From an uncultured bacterium (GTDB lineage: Bacteria > Verrucomicrobiota > Verrucomicrobiia > Limisphaerales > UBA8199), in the NCBI GenBank assembly GCA_963749495.1, contig CAVVMW010000019.1:160001-224000 (forward strand): 64,000 nucleotides of DNA. Direction: 5' to 3'. Both the position numbers and the translations under genes were made by a program. A model generated the notes under the pieces. It did no database searches and was not told where the DNA came from. It saw nothing but the letters and a program-made list of their open reading frames with translations. Below, one piece after another: positions 20,898-31,760 of this stretch; the stretch's first letter is position 1, and each line of letters opens with the position of its first letter.

Positions 20898-21091
20898 TCG
20901 CAGTCGTTTACGACACGGGAGTCGTGATCAGCGCCATCGGCTGGCGTGGCCCCGCCCACCGTTGCCTGGCGCTGGTCGCTCGGCGGCGCTGCAGGCTGCT
21001 GGTCTCGGCTGACATTGACGCCGAGTACGGATCTCGCGTCCCCGCTGTGCTCACCCAAGAGGCGCCGCAGGCAAATTGGAAGACATGGTAA
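20894..21091 (+). pseudogene. Truncated PIN-domain toxin
   Basis: VVYDTGVVISA PIN start motif, GTGA overlap with antitoxin, stops after 65 aa. Confidence 0.7.
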
Positions 21092-21240
21092 AGCAACTCG
21101 CTCTGGTGTCTGCTCCGCGACCGCAACCCGGGCAGATCGGAGACGGAGGGATTTGTCCAGGCGACAACAAAGCCGGCGGTTCTCAGGGGGCGTTGCGAGC
21201 ATTGCCAGCCAGCCAGTACGTTCCACGTGCTGGCGTTCGG

Positions 21241-22284
21241 TCACTCCGCTGGCTTTGGGTTGAAGCCGAACTTGCGCGCCAGGGCGAGCGAGGTGTTCAA
21301 CGACCTGACTCCGGCCGTGCAGGTGGCGTCCGAGAGCGAGGCGGCGGCGATGCAGACGCCGGTGAGCAGGCAGCGGGGCAGGTCCCAGCCCTCGTGCAGG
21401 CCCAGCAGGAGGCCGGCGCAGAAGGCGTCGCCGGCGCTGGCGGTGCCGGCGATATAGGCGGGCGGCAATTTGAGCGAGGGCTGCCAGAAGTCTTCTCCCC
21501 TGCGGGTGCGGGCGAAGGCGCCCTCCGGGAAATGGATGACGACCAGTTCGCGCACACCCTGCTGGAGCAAGGCGCCGGCGGCGTGGCGGATGGCGACGGT
21601 ATCGAGCCCGCCGCCGGGCTGGCGGATCTGGAAGCCGGTGGTCTTGGCGGCCTCGATTTCGTTGAGGGTGCAGTAGTCCACGTAGCGCAGGGCCGGGTTG
21701 ACGATTCGGGCGAAACGATCGCTGTTCTCACTCACGACGTCCACGCAGGTCTTGACGCCGGCGTGCTGGGCCTGGGCCAGGAGCCGGGCGGCGCGGGTGC
21801 CGAACCTGGGGTCGGGCTGGTCCAGGGCGTCCAGCAGGAGCAGGTAACCGAGGTGAAAGATGCGTGGGCGCACCCGCTCGAAATCCAGGTCGGCCCCGCG
21901 CCACAGGGCATTGGCGCCGCGGGCATGGAAGAAGGTGCGCCGCCCATGGCCCTGCTCAGTCATGACGTCGGTGTAGGAGGTCGGCGCCTTGGAGGTGGCG
22001 CCCAGATAGCGCACGTCAATCTTGTGCTGCCGGCAGGTCTCGAGGATCAGTCCGCCCAGAGGGTCTTTGCCCACCATCCCCGCCCCGTAAAGGGGAAAGG
22101 GCGCGCCCGACTTTGCCAGATCGACAAGGACGTTGTAAGGTGCTCCGCCGGTTCCCTGGGACTGGCCCCGAATATTGCTCAACTGCTCGGGTTGCGGATA
22201 GACGTTGATCAGCTTGACCTGGTCGATAATCCAGTTGCCCCCGGCCAGCAGGCCGCGATGGCGATTGGCGTTTTTGTTATTCAT
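21241..22284 (-). CDS. PfkB family carbohydrate kinase
   Basis: GGAPYNV, LNEIEA, GTASAGDAFCAG. Confidence 0.9.
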   Translation of the reverse strand: MNNKNANRHRGLLAGGNWIIDQVKLINVYPQPEQLSNIRGQSQGTGGAPYNVLVDLAKSGAPFPLYGAGMVGKDPLGGLILETCRQHKIDVRYLGATSKAPTSYTDVMTEQGHGRRTFFHARGANALWRGADLDFERVRPRIFHLGYLLLLDALDQPDPRFGTRAARLLAQAQHAGVKTCVDVVSENSDRFARIVNPALRYVDYCTLNEIEAAKTTGFQIRQPGGGLDTVAIRHAAGALLQQGVRELVVIHFPEGAFARTRRGEDFWQPSLKLPPAYIAGTASAGDAFCAGLLLGLHEGWDLPRCLLTGVCIAAASLSDATCTAGVRSLNTSLALARKFGFNPKPAE

Positions 22285-22400
22285 GGCGGCTCGGCCGCAG
22301 CAGGTGCGACTAGTGAAAGGAAAGAGACGGCCTTTAGGCAAGTCAAATCTTGAAGAAATCCTTTTCAAACCGCGGTTTTTGGTTAAAGATTTAAGCGGCC

Positions 22401-24173
22401 ATGCCAGAGGCGCAACAAGGTGAGTCGAGCTTTCGGGGCATTCCGGTCTCGGCCGGGGTGAGCCGGGGCCGCATCCTGGTCCTGGACCGGGGGCGTCCCA
22501 CCATCCACAAACGGGTCCTGCCCGAGAGCGAGGTGCCGGAGGAAATCAACCGCCTGGAACGCGCCCTGGTGCAAACCCGCCAGCAACTCCTGGAGGTCCA
22601 GCGCAAGGTCAGCGCCGGCATGGGCGCCGAGGAGGGAGGCGTCTTCGACGCCCACCTCCTGGTGCTCGAGGACCGCACCCTGCTGGACGAGGTGGTGCGC
22701 ATGATCACCGAGCAAAAGGTCAACGCCGAGCACGCCTTCCACTCCATAGCCGAGCGCTACGCCGCCACCCTCGGCGCCGTCGAGGACGATTACCTGCGCG
22801 AGCGCGCCACCGACATGCGCGACGTCACCTCCCGCGTGCTCGACAACTTGCTGGGCCTCCAAGAGCCGGTGGACCTGCGCCACCTCAAGGAGCCCTGCAT
22901 CATCATCAGCCACGACCTGAGCCCGTCCAACACCGCCCAGTTGGACAAGCACAACGTCCTGGGCTTCGCCACCGACGTCGGCAGCAAGACCTCGCACACG
23001 GCCATCATGGCCCGCTCGCTGCGCATCCCGGCCCTCGTCGGCCTCCGGGACGCCAGCACCCGCCTCCAGACCGGGCAATATGCCCTGCTCGATGGATTCA
23101 ACGGCGTGCTCATCATCAATCCCACCGACCAGACCCTCTTCGAGTACGGCCAACTCCTCCGCAAGCAGGTCACCCTCCAGGAGAAACTGCGGGACATCCT
23201 CCTCAAACCTGCCGTGACCCTGGACGGCCACCGGGTCTTCCTTTCGGCCAACATCGAGCAGGCGGCCGACACCGAGCAGGTCAAGGCCAACGGCGCCGAA
23301 GGCGTCGGCCTGTTCCGCACCGAGTACCTCTTCATCAACCGCGAGCACCCGCCCACCGAGGAACAGCAATACCAGGCCTACCGCCAGGCCGCCGCCGCCC
23401 TCAAACCCCTGCCCGTGGTCATCCGCACCCTCGACCTGGGCGGTGACAAGTTCCTGGCCCACATGCCCGTGCCCCGCGAGATGAACCCCTTCCTGGGCTG
23501 GCGCGCCATCCGCTTCTGCCTGCAACAGGAGGACATCTTCCGCGACCAGCTCCGCGCCATCCTCCGCGCCAGCGCCGAGGGCAACGTCAAGATGATGTAC
23601 CCCATGATCTCCGGCCTCGACGAACTCAAGCAGGCCAATGACCTGGTCGAGCAATACAAGGCCGAGTTGCGCGACGAAAACATCCCGTTTGACGAACACC
23701 TCGAAATCGGCGCCATGATCGAGATCCCCTCCGCCGCCATCGTCGCCGATTCCCTGGCCAAACGCCTCAAGTTCTTCAGCATCGGCACCAACGACCTCAT
23801 CCAGTACTCGCTGGCCGTGGACCGGATGAACGAGAAGATCGCCCACCTTTACGAGCCGACCCATCCCGCCATCCTCCGCCTCATCAAGGGCACGGTCCAG
23901 GCGGCCCACGACCACAAGATCTGGGTGAGCGTGTGCGGGGAGATGGCCAGCGACCCGGTGCTGGTGCCGCTGCTGATGGGCCTGGGCGTCGATGAATTGA
24001 GCGCCGCCTGCTCCCTGGTCCCCCCGATCAAATTCATCATCCGCCGCCTCAAGCTCGCCGAGGCCAAAGACCTGGCCCAGTTCGCCCTGGCCAGCGAATC
24101 GGCCTCCGAAATCCTGGCCCGCTGCCAGGAACTGGCCCGCCACATCGCCCCGAGCCTCTTCGAGACCAAGTGA
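22401..24173 (+). CDS. ptsI: PTS enzyme I (phosphoenolpyruvate-protein phosphotransferase)
   Basis: GSKTSHTAIMARS, GVGLFRTEYL, NPFLGWRAIR, FSIGTNDLIQY. Confidence 0.95.
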   Translation: MPEAQQGESSFRGIPVSAGVSRGRILVLDRGRPTIHKRVLPESEVPEEINRLERALVQTRQQLLEVQRKVSAGMGAEEGGVFDAHLLVLEDRTLLDEVVRMITEQKVNAEHAFHSIAERYAATLGAVEDDYLRERATDMRDVTSRVLDNLLGLQEPVDLRHLKEPCIIISHDLSPSNTAQLDKHNVLGFATDVGSKTSHTAIMARSLRIPALVGLRDASTRLQTGQYALLDGFNGVLIINPTDQTLFEYGQLLRKQVTLQEKLRDILLKPAVTLDGHRVFLSANIEQAADTEQVKANGAEGVGLFRTEYLFINREHPPTEEQQYQAYRQAAAALKPLPVVIRTLDLGGDKFLAHMPVPREMNPFLGWRAIRFCLQQEDIFRDQLRAILRASAEGNVKMMYPMISGLDELKQANDLVEQYKAELRDENIPFDEHLEIGAMIEIPSAAIVADSLAKRLKFFSIGTNDLIQYSLAVDRMNEKIAHLYEPTHPAILRLIKGTVQAAHDHKIWVSVCGEMASDPVLVPLLMGLGVDELSAACSLVPPIKFIIRRLKLAEAKDLAQFALASESASEILARCQELARHIAPSLFETK

Positions 24174-24174
24174 A

Positions 24175-24918
24175 ATGAAAGTCATTATCCTGGCCGCAGG
24201 CTATGCCACCCGGCTTTACCCGCTCACCCTCACGCAGCCCAAACCGCTGCTGCCGGTCGCCGGCAAGCCGATGATTGAATACGTCCTGGACAACCTCGCC
24301 CCCATCGGCGGCCTTGACCGCATCTACATCGTCACCAATGCCCGCTTCGCCGGCCACTTCCAGAGTTGGTCCGACCACTACCGCGCCACCAAAGCCAGGC
24401 TCGATTTGACCGTGGTCAACGACGGCTCGACCGACGACGCCAACAAGCTCGGCGCCATCGGCAACGTCCATTTCGTGCTCACCTCCCAGAGCCTGGACGA
24501 TGACGTCATCATCGTCGCGGGGGACAACCTCTTCAGCCAGCCGCTGGCCGGTTTCGGCCAATATTGCCGGGAAAAACAGGCCCCCGTGCTGGCCGTCTAT
24601 GACGTGGGGGACCTCGAGCAGATCAAGAAATTCAACGCCATCAACATCAATGCCTCCGGCCGCATCACCTTCTTCAAAGAAAAGTCCGAGAACCCCTCCA
24701 GCACGCTGACCGGCATCGCCCTCTATTTCTATCCCCGGTCCGCCTTGCCCCTCATCCACCGTTACATCGCCGAAGGCAATAACCCCAACCAACCCGGCCG
24801 CCTCATCCAGTGGCTCTACACGCGCACCCCGGTTTATACCTGGCGCGTCCCGGGGCTTTGGTACGACATCGGCTCCAAGGAGACGCTCGAGGAGGCAAAT
24901 CGGATCTTCGCAAGGTAG
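24175..24918 (+). CDS. Sugar-phosphate nucleotidyltransferase
   Basis: IILAAGYATRLYPLT..PKPLL, WYDIG. Confidence 0.9.
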   Translation: MKVIILAAGYATRLYPLTLTQPKPLLPVAGKPMIEYVLDNLAPIGGLDRIYIVTNARFAGHFQSWSDHYRATKARLDLTVVNDGSTDDANKLGAIGNVHFVLTSQSLDDDVIIVAGDNLFSQPLAGFGQYCREKQAPVLAVYDVGDLEQIKKFNAININASGRITFFKEKSENPSSTLTGIALYFYPRSALPLIHRYIAEGNNPNQPGRLIQWLYTRTPVYTWRVPGLWYDIGSKETLEEANRIFAR

Positions 24919-24929
24919 TAAGCCCAACC

Positions 24930-25089
24930 GTGACTGTTCAGGTGCTGGACCGGGTTTGACGTGGATGTTCACACGGGGTCAACGTCGAGCTTTGTCCCTT
25001 CGGGACAACCACCGATCGCAACTCAGGTGACATGTCGAAAGGTGCGGACGACACCGAAGCAAATGCGTGGACGTGCACCTGAACAGTTA
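24930..25089. mobile_element. MITE-like element with ~15-bp terminal inverted repeats
   Basis: TGACTGTTCAGGTGC ... GCACCTGAACAGTTA between convergent genes; no ORF inside. Confidence 0.55.
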
Positions 25090-25096
25090 AGCCCTG

Positions 25097-25979
25097 CTAC
25101 CTCTTGCCCATCTTGGCGCGGGCGGTTTCCAGGACGCGGCGTTCGCGCTCGGTCAGGCTCTGGATGCCCTGGGCGGAGATCTTGTCGAGGATCGGGTCAA
25201 CCTCCTTGCTGACGAATTCGTCGGGTGGCAGGTCCTCCTGCACGCTCTGCTTCCTCGTGGTCCAGAACGCTGGTTTAACCGAGCGGACATTGACCAGGGG
25301 GCGGGAGGAGGGGCCTCGCCGTCGCATCCAACCGGGCCGGCGCCACCAGGTCGAGGGTTCCCAATGGATGGCGTAACGGATGAAGAGGATGCCGGTGAAC
25401 ATGCCCCCCAGGTGCGCTGCGTGGGCGGTGCCATCGGGGGGAGCGAACATGCCGTAAAGGGCCAGCGCCCCGCTCAGGGCCAGGAGCCACTTGGCGCGCA
25501 TCGGCAGGACGAAGAACAGCAGGAGCACCCGGTCGGGGAAGAGCATCGCAAAGGCGGCAACCAGCCCGAAGGCGGCCGCCGAGGCCCGAACGACCGGCCC
25601 GCCGAAAGGAACTGCCCGGCGGCAATCCGGCCAGGACCTCCGCTATGCCCCCGAGAATGCCGCTGGAGAAATAGAGCGCCAGGAAGCTCTTGCGGCCCAG
25701 GGCCATCTCCACGTCCCGGCCGAACACATAAACCGCCCAGCCATTGAACAACAGGTGCAGCACCGTTGCGTGCATGAACATGTAAGTCAGCAACTGCCAC
25801 ACGTAGCCGTGCCTCAGGCCCTGCACGCTCAGCGCAAGATACTCGTTCGTCGCAAAACCGGATCGCTCCAAAAGTGACTGCGCGATGAAAGCCGCTACGT
25901 TGGCTATCAACAGCGTCACCGTCGCCGAGCGGTGGCTCTGGAACGGCGTCTGGCGCATATAGGTACGGTCCTCTAGCAT
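25097..25979 (-). CDS. Rhomboid family intramembrane protease, frameshifted near 25600-25620
   Basis: WQLLTYMFMH..HLLFN in the first frame; ASAAAFG, AHAAHLGG and EVDPILDKISAQGIQSLT in the second. Confidence 0.85.
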
Positions 25980-26113
25980 ATCAGCACCTGGTTGAACCTA
26001 GTCGCAATGCGGGATTTTTTCAACGGGGTTTTGAGCGCAACGCGAAAAGGGGGCGCTTCGTCAGTACCACCATGCCAGCCATGAGGTCAGTGGAAGTGCC
26101 CATCGCCCAGGAA

Positions 26114-26470
26114 TTCATCCCGGAGGGATGACAGATGGTAGCCGGGGGTCGAAGCGCAGCGAGACCCCCGGTTCGGCGGCAGTATGGGTCTGCATCCCGG
26201 AGGGATGCCACAACGCCACCTGCTCCATGTGGCAGCCTTCTGGCACCCCGTTTCGGGGTGCAGCCCCCCTTTAGCCGGGGTCGCGGCCTCGCCGCGACCC
26301 CCGGTTGACTGCGTCGGGAGCCCTGCACCCCCGGATGGGGTGCCAGAAAGGAGCGTCCGTGCGGGTGAGCCTCTGGCATCCCTCCGGGATGCAAACGCAC
26401 GTCGCCGCTTCACCGGGGGTCTCGCTGCGCTTCGACCCCCGGCTACCTTCTCTCATCCCTCCGGGATGAA
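26114..26470. repeat. BIME-like composite REP element (CATCCCGGAGGGATG family)
   Basis: Terminal IR TTCATCCCGGAGGGATGA/TCATCCCTCCGGGATGAA; right ~200 bp repeated at 47853-48076 and 63300-63523. Confidence 0.9.
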
Positions 26471-26495
26471 CTGCAGCCTCGCGTCGGCCTTCGCA

Positions 26496-26558
26496 TCAGA
26501 GCAGATACTTTGGATTGTACTCGACGCCGTGCTTTTCCAACAGGCTCGATCAACTCCT
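26496..26558 (-). pseudogene. tnpA: C-terminal fragment of IS200/RAYT-type Y1 transposase
   Basis: Reads (ELIE)LLEKHGVEYNPKYLL-stop, between REP palindromes. Confidence 0.65.
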
Positions 26559-26631
26559 TGGGGAGCAACCTCCGCTGGCACTCCGCAACCCGGAGGGTTG
26601 CCCCGAGCCTCCTGGGACTAAATACCGCCGC

Positions 26632-27657
26632 TCAGCCCGCCACTTCAATGCCCCTGGCCTCGACTCGCAGCCGTTCCTGGTCGGTGGCCACGAGCAGGGT
26701 TTTCATGCCGGGGCGGAGGCGGGCGATGGCCTCATGGCCGGCCGCGCTGAGGACCAGCAGGGCGGTCGAGAGGGCGTCGGTCTCGGTTGCTGAGGGCAGG
26801 ACCACCGCCGCCAGGACCGCCCCCGAGACGGGTTGGCCCGTGCGCGGGTCCAGGACATGGCCGAAGGTCCTGCCTTCCACCTCGAACGACCTTCCCCAGA
26901 CTGCGGAGACCGACATGGCCTGGTCGCGCAGCGGCACCTTGGCCAACGGAGATGGGGGCGCTGCGGCTGCCACCCGACAGGAGGGCGCCTCTCCTCGGGC
27001 CGGGCTGCCCTCCGGCAGCGGCACAGCGCCGTCCGTCGCGCCGAGTGCCCTGCCCCGAGGGGCCTCCACCGACACGGTCCAGTGCTCCGCCTCCGGGGGA
27101 TGGCCCAGGGCATAGACGGTGCTGGTGCCGCCGTGGAGCAGGGCGCTGGTGACCTCGCCCTCGCGCAGGAGGTCTGCGGCGCGCTCGATGGCGTAGCCTT
27201 TGCCGATGGCCCCCAAATCCAGCATGACCCCCTCGCGGGCGAAGCGGACAGTGAGCCGGTTGGGGTCCAACTCGACCAGGCCCACGCCGATGCTGGCACG
27301 CGCGGCAGCCAGCGCAGCCGGGTCCGGCCAATGCCCGCTGCCGCCCAGGAACCCCCAGCAACGGACCAGGGGGGCGATGGTGATGTCGAAGGCGCCGCCG
27401 GTTTCTCGGTGCAACTGCTGCGCCTGCTGCAGGAGCGCAAAGAGGCTGGGCGTCACCCGCACCGGCCCGCGCGCCGCCCGGGCGTTCAAGTGGGCGATCT
27501 CGCTCGTGGCCAGATAGAGGCTGAGCTGGGCCTCCAGCCGCGCTATCTCGGCCAGCGCCTCTTCGCCGGCGGCCCGCAACCTCACCGGGTTGTCCCCGTG
27601 CAGCACCATCTCGAAGCGGGTCGCCATCGCGTGCAGGGCAAGGGTGACAGTGGCCAT
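26632..27657 (-). CDS. apbE: FAD:protein FMN transferase ApbE
   Basis: AMAT, GAFDIT, LDLGAIGKGY, GHVLDPRTG, DALSTA. Confidence 0.9.
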   Translation of the reverse strand: MATVTLALHAMATRFEMVLHGDNPVRLRAAGEEALAEIARLEAQLSLYLATSEIAHLNARAARGPVRVTPSLFALLQQAQQLHRETGGAFDITIAPLVRCWGFLGGSGHWPDPAALAAARASIGVGLVELDPNRLTVRFAREGVMLDLGAIGKGYAIERAADLLREGEVTSALLHGGTSTVYALGHPPEAEHWTVSVEAPRGRALGATDGAVPLPEGSPARGEAPSCRVAAAAPPSPLAKVPLRDQAMSVSAVWGRSFEVEGRTFGHVLDPRTGQPVSGAVLAAVVLPSATETDALSTALLVLSAAGHEAIARLRPGMKTLLVATDQERLRVEARGIEVAG

Positions 27658-27683
27658 GGAAGTGTCAATTGCCCATCACGCCT

Positions 27684-27724
27684 GACGGGTCAGACCCGTC
27701 GGACGGGTCGGACGGGTCGGACCG
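27684..27724. repeat. 9-mer tandem array (GACGGGTCG)
   Basis: gacgggtcagacccgtcggacgggtcggacgggtcggacc. Confidence 0.8.
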
Positions 27725-27794
27725 GTGGGGGCGCAAAAAGACGGGTCTTGCGGGAGGCTGCGAGACGCGTCTCGAGAAAGGTCCTTCAACCGGC

Positions 27795-29243
27795 TCAGGA
27801 GATCGGGAGGGTGCCGTAGGTGATCGGGGGGATTTCCTTGCCGCTGGCATCGGTGATCTGGCGGGTCTTCTCGTCGAAGAGGCAGGTGATCTTCAGGCGA
27901 TCGGACATCTCGGCCAGCGAGAGGACTGTCTGCACGCGGATGGCCAGTTCGATGTCGGCATTGGGCGCCTTGTTCGCGCGGATGGAGTCGAACCAGTTTT
28001 TCTCATGGACGCGGATGTCCTCGGGTTGCAGGCCGGAGAAGGTCTCGGGGTCGACATCATCGCCGAACTCGCGTTGAGGCACCAGGCTGACCTTGCTGGC
28101 GGGGGCATCGATGTCGAGGTTGGCCTTGTGGCCGAACAGGCCCAGGCCGGGCGTGGAGGCATTGGTAGTGCAGCAGGTGACCATAATGACGTAGCCGCTG
28201 GGGAACTCGGCCAGCAACTGGGCGTGTTCGGGCACGTCGCGCTCGGGCGTGGCGGTGCTGGTCTTGTCCGGGTGTACCGCCTTGGCGCCGATCGAGCAGA
28301 CTCGCACGGGGAATTCCGGGTTGCCGGTGGCCAGCATCACCGGGTGCAGCCGGTGCGGCGCCAGGTCGCCCAGCGGCCCGGCGCAATACTGGTAATACTT
28401 GCGCCAGCGATGGAAATGCTCCGGGCTGAAAGCCGAGCGATTCTTGACCGCCCCGAGCCACTTCTCCCAGTCCACGTTTTCGGTGGAGCACTCGGTCTCG
28501 ATGGGGTAGTTCCATTCTCCGCCCACGCTATTGCGGGAATACCAGGCCTGGGCCCAGACCAAAGTGCCGATCTTGCCGGCCTTGACCAACTCGGCGCACT
28601 TCTGATAGCCGCCCGCCGAGCACCCCTGCGAGCCGACCTGGAAGATCCTGCCGGTCTGTTTGACCATGTCATAGACCTTGAAGGCCTCGTCCAGGTAGCG
28701 GGTCATCGGCTTTTCGCAATAGACGTGCTTGCCCGCCTGCAAGGCATCCAGCGCGCAGGGGGCGTGCATCACGTCGTGCGTGGCAATCATGACCGCATCG
28801 ATGTCCTTGCGCTCGAGCAATTTGCGGTAATCGGTGTGAACGTCGGCTTCCTTGAGCGGTGTGGTCTTGCTCGGGCTGTCCGGGGAGCCGATGGGCTTGC
28901 CGTGGTTGGCATTGGGGTAATTCAGGGCGGTCTCACCGCGCATCCAGGCCCGCCGCCGCGCATAGACGTTGCTCCCGGCGGCCAGGACGATGTTGTTCTC
29001 CGTGGCCTTGTCCTGGAGGCCCACGAAATGGTTGCAGCCGATGCCGAAGCCCACGCCGATGAGGCCCACCACGATGCGGTCGTTGGCGCCGATGACGCGC
29101 CCGGCCGAAGGGGCCTGGTTTTGGCCATAGACCGGCGTCCGCATCAGGGGCGCCGTTGCGGCGGCGGCCGCCGCAGTGGCCGCCTTCTTGATAAACTCCC
29201 GGCGCGGAAGCCCGGACGACGCAGGATTAGTATTCGTTTCCAT
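27795..29243 (-). CDS. Tat-exported Gfo/Idh/MocA oxidoreductase
   Basis: PRREFIK twin-arginine motif; GKHVYCEKPM. Confidence 0.9.
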   Translation of the reverse strand: METNTNPASSGLPRREFIKKAATAAAAAATAPLMRTPVYGQNQAPSAGRVIGANDRIVVGLIGVGFGIGCNHFVGLQDKATENNIVLAAGSNVYARRRAWMRGETALNYPNANHGKPIGSPDSPSKTTPLKEADVHTDYRKLLERKDIDAVMIATHDVMHAPCALDALQAGKHVYCEKPMTRYLDEAFKVYDMVKQTGRIFQVGSQGCSAGGYQKCAELVKAGKIGTLVWAQAWYSRNSVGGEWNYPIETECSTENVDWEKWLGAVKNRSAFSPEHFHRWRKYYQYCAGPLGDLAPHRLHPVMLATGNPEFPVRVCSIGAKAVHPDKTSTATPERDVPEHAQLLAEFPSGYVIMVTCCTTNASTPGLGLFGHKANLDIDAPASKVSLVPQREFGDDVDPETFSGLQPEDIRVHEKNWFDSIRANKAPNADIELAIRVQTVLSLAEMSDRLKITCLFDEKTRQITDASGKEIPPITYGTLPIS

Positions 29244-29315
29244 AAGACATTTCACTTTCGATCGCGCTGTCGCTGCAACAACTGACGAAGACTACCGGAA
29301 AGAAATTCGCGGTCA

Positions 29316-29811
<496 letters not shown>

Positions 29812-30249
29812 CATATTTGGAACTTCACATACATCCAAAAAGCCTGAAAAACCAGGCCAAGTAGCTCTGGCGAGCGGAACGGCCAGCCCTGGTTCACCCG
29901 CCCGGTCTTCCCCTTGCCCCGGCACAGCTTCCTGCCTCCCAGCCGCCCGAATCCTTACTGAGCCCGTCCACGCTTCAAGGGCGAGCCATTAGACGAGTCA
30001 CCCCGCGCTGTCTCCATCCTCTCCATCGGCACTGAACCTGGCCCGCTGCATACATCTGGGCCTCTGACCTCGTGCTGCTCAAGAGGACCTCCAGGCAGCA
30101 GCAGAGGGCAGCAAAGGGCCTGGAGAGCCAAGGGTGAGGGAAGGGGAGGGCTTCTTGCACGGGACTTCATGGGCTGTTGGAGGTCTGGGTGCTCATTTCT
30201 CTTGACTCTGTGGCTCGTGAGGCGTTCAATCGTGCTGACACAGGACTTG

Positions 30250-30456
30250 ATGAAATGGCCTAACCGGAAACTGGAGCCGGTGAACACCTTTGGACTTGGC
30301 GGGAGGTTCAACGGCAATCCAGCATTTACCCTAATCGAACTGGTGGTGGTTATCGCCGTCATCGTGATTCTCGCCGCCATGTTGCTGCCCGAATACCCCT
30401 GTAGCCCTCCTAAGAGAGCCACAGGAGCTGATGTAGAGGCTGAAGGTGATGTTTAG
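30250..30456 (+). pseudogene. Truncated prepilin-type N-terminal methylation domain gene
   Basis: AFTLIELVVVIAVIVILAAMLLP, then similarity ends at a repeat starting at 30396. Confidence 0.8.
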
Positions 30457-30658
30457 AGGGGCGACACTCCCTCGGACCAACTGTCATAGCTAAAGGCCAT
30501 ATGGAAATGCCGCCTCTCGACAGAATGAAGATGTCTATGAAAAGAACTAAACCAGTCTATGGAATCCTCACCCTCACCAGCACCCTTAGCCCAGGCAGGC
30601 GAAACGTTAAGAGGTAACCATAGAGAGAAACCATAACAACCCTAACCGACATTGATTT

Positions 30659-31573
30659 ATGCAAAATCTCTTCTGGAGGACAAAAAGTGGCAAAGTAATT
30701 CTCGCAATCGAAGCTCCATTCAAGAGCGAAGACGAGTTCGAGCAATACATTGAAACCGCAAAGGAGGTGCTCTCTGGCATAACCATCCTGAAGCGACAAG
30801 TGCGAGCCGGAGGTGACATCCCGGACATGATTGGAGTTGACCGGGACAACTACGTCGTAGTGATAGAAAACAAGAACGTGACCGTGGATGAAGCAATCCT
30901 GCCTCAGATTCTTCGCTATGCCCTATGGGCAGAAACGCATCCAGACGCCATCAAAGCAATGTGGTTCGAGGCTAAGGAAAGGCCTGAAATGGATTGGGAC
31001 CATCTACAAATACGAGTTGTAGTGTTTGCACCTTCAATCACGCTAACCGTGCCTAGATTAGTGAAGAAGATTGGTTACCCGGTAGATTTAATTGAACTGA
31101 AGAAGTTCGTTGTTGCTAAAGAGGAGTTTATTCTCGTCCGAACACTGGAAGAGCCTGAGGCAGTATCTAAACGACCTACGGCAGGACGGGACACCTACGA
31201 TAGGGCTTACTATGAGGAGCATCGTAACCCGAAGAGCGTGGAGACCTTTTTTACCTTGAAAGACGAGTTTCAACGCATTGTGCAAACTCAGACATGGAAC
31301 TTGACGACGAAGTTCACCTCGTATGGTGTTGTATTCAAGAATGGATTCTTCAATGCATTTGGAATTCAATGGAGCACCACGAAATCGCTCGAGATTTTCG
31401 TGAGGCTCCCCAAGCCAAAGGTTCCGACGGCAAAACGGCTCTGCCCCTATCCCATCTACTACGAGGACGGATGGAGGAGTATATGGCTGGATGTAACGGA
31501 CAAACTACCGTCTAAAAAGCTCTTGCCGTTGTTACGACTTGGCTACGAGAACATCCTCGGTGAACCTTCGTGA
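30659..31573 (+). CDS. PD-(D/E)XK nuclease-fold protein (NucS/restriction endonuclease-like)
   Basis: FKSEDEFE...IPDMIGVD...VVIENKN...QILRYA motif series. Confidence 0.7.
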   Translation: MQNLFWRTKSGKVILAIEAPFKSEDEFEQYIETAKEVLSGITILKRQVRAGGDIPDMIGVDRDNYVVVIENKNVTVDEAILPQILRYALWAETHPDAIKAMWFEAKERPEMDWDHLQIRVVVFAPSITLTVPRLVKKIGYPVDLIELKKFVVAKEEFILVRTLEEPEAVSKRPTAGRDTYDRAYYEEHRNPKSVETFFTLKDEFQRIVQTQTWNLTTKFTSYGVVFKNGFFNAFGIQWSTTKSLEIFVRLPKPKVPTAKRLCPYPIYYEDGWRSIWLDVTDKLPSKKLLPLLRLGYENILGEPS

Positions 31574-31592
31574 GCCCTTTGGCCCTGCCACC

Positions 31593-31701
31593 GATATGCC
31601 CATGTTTGATGTTGACGCCTGGCCCGTGGAGAGTAGAATCCGGCAAGACCCTGAGAACAACGATGAGCGCGAGCAGAGGCCAACTCGCCTTTAACTGCAC
31701 A
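31593..31701 (+). promoter_or_regulatory. Repeated promoter/leader module, copy 1
   Basis: TTGACG-16-TAGAAT, GCAAGACCCTGAGA, ATG at 31663; similar to 32254-32364. Confidence 0.7.
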
Positions 31702-31731
31702 GCGGCGGTGGCTCAGCCTTCTACGTTCGGC
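31697..31731 (+). other. Right arm of integron attC-like site
   Basis: GCACAGCGGCGGTGGCTCAGCCTTCTACGTTCGGC ending in core site GTTCGGC; complementary to 32187-32215. Confidence 0.7.
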
Positions 31732-31760
31732 AGTGATACAATCGCGAGCATCGACACAAT

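Noticed and set aside
26945..27060. Mobile element in the ApbE low-complexity insertion
   Set aside because: No inverted repeats or second copy seen; likely a variable loop
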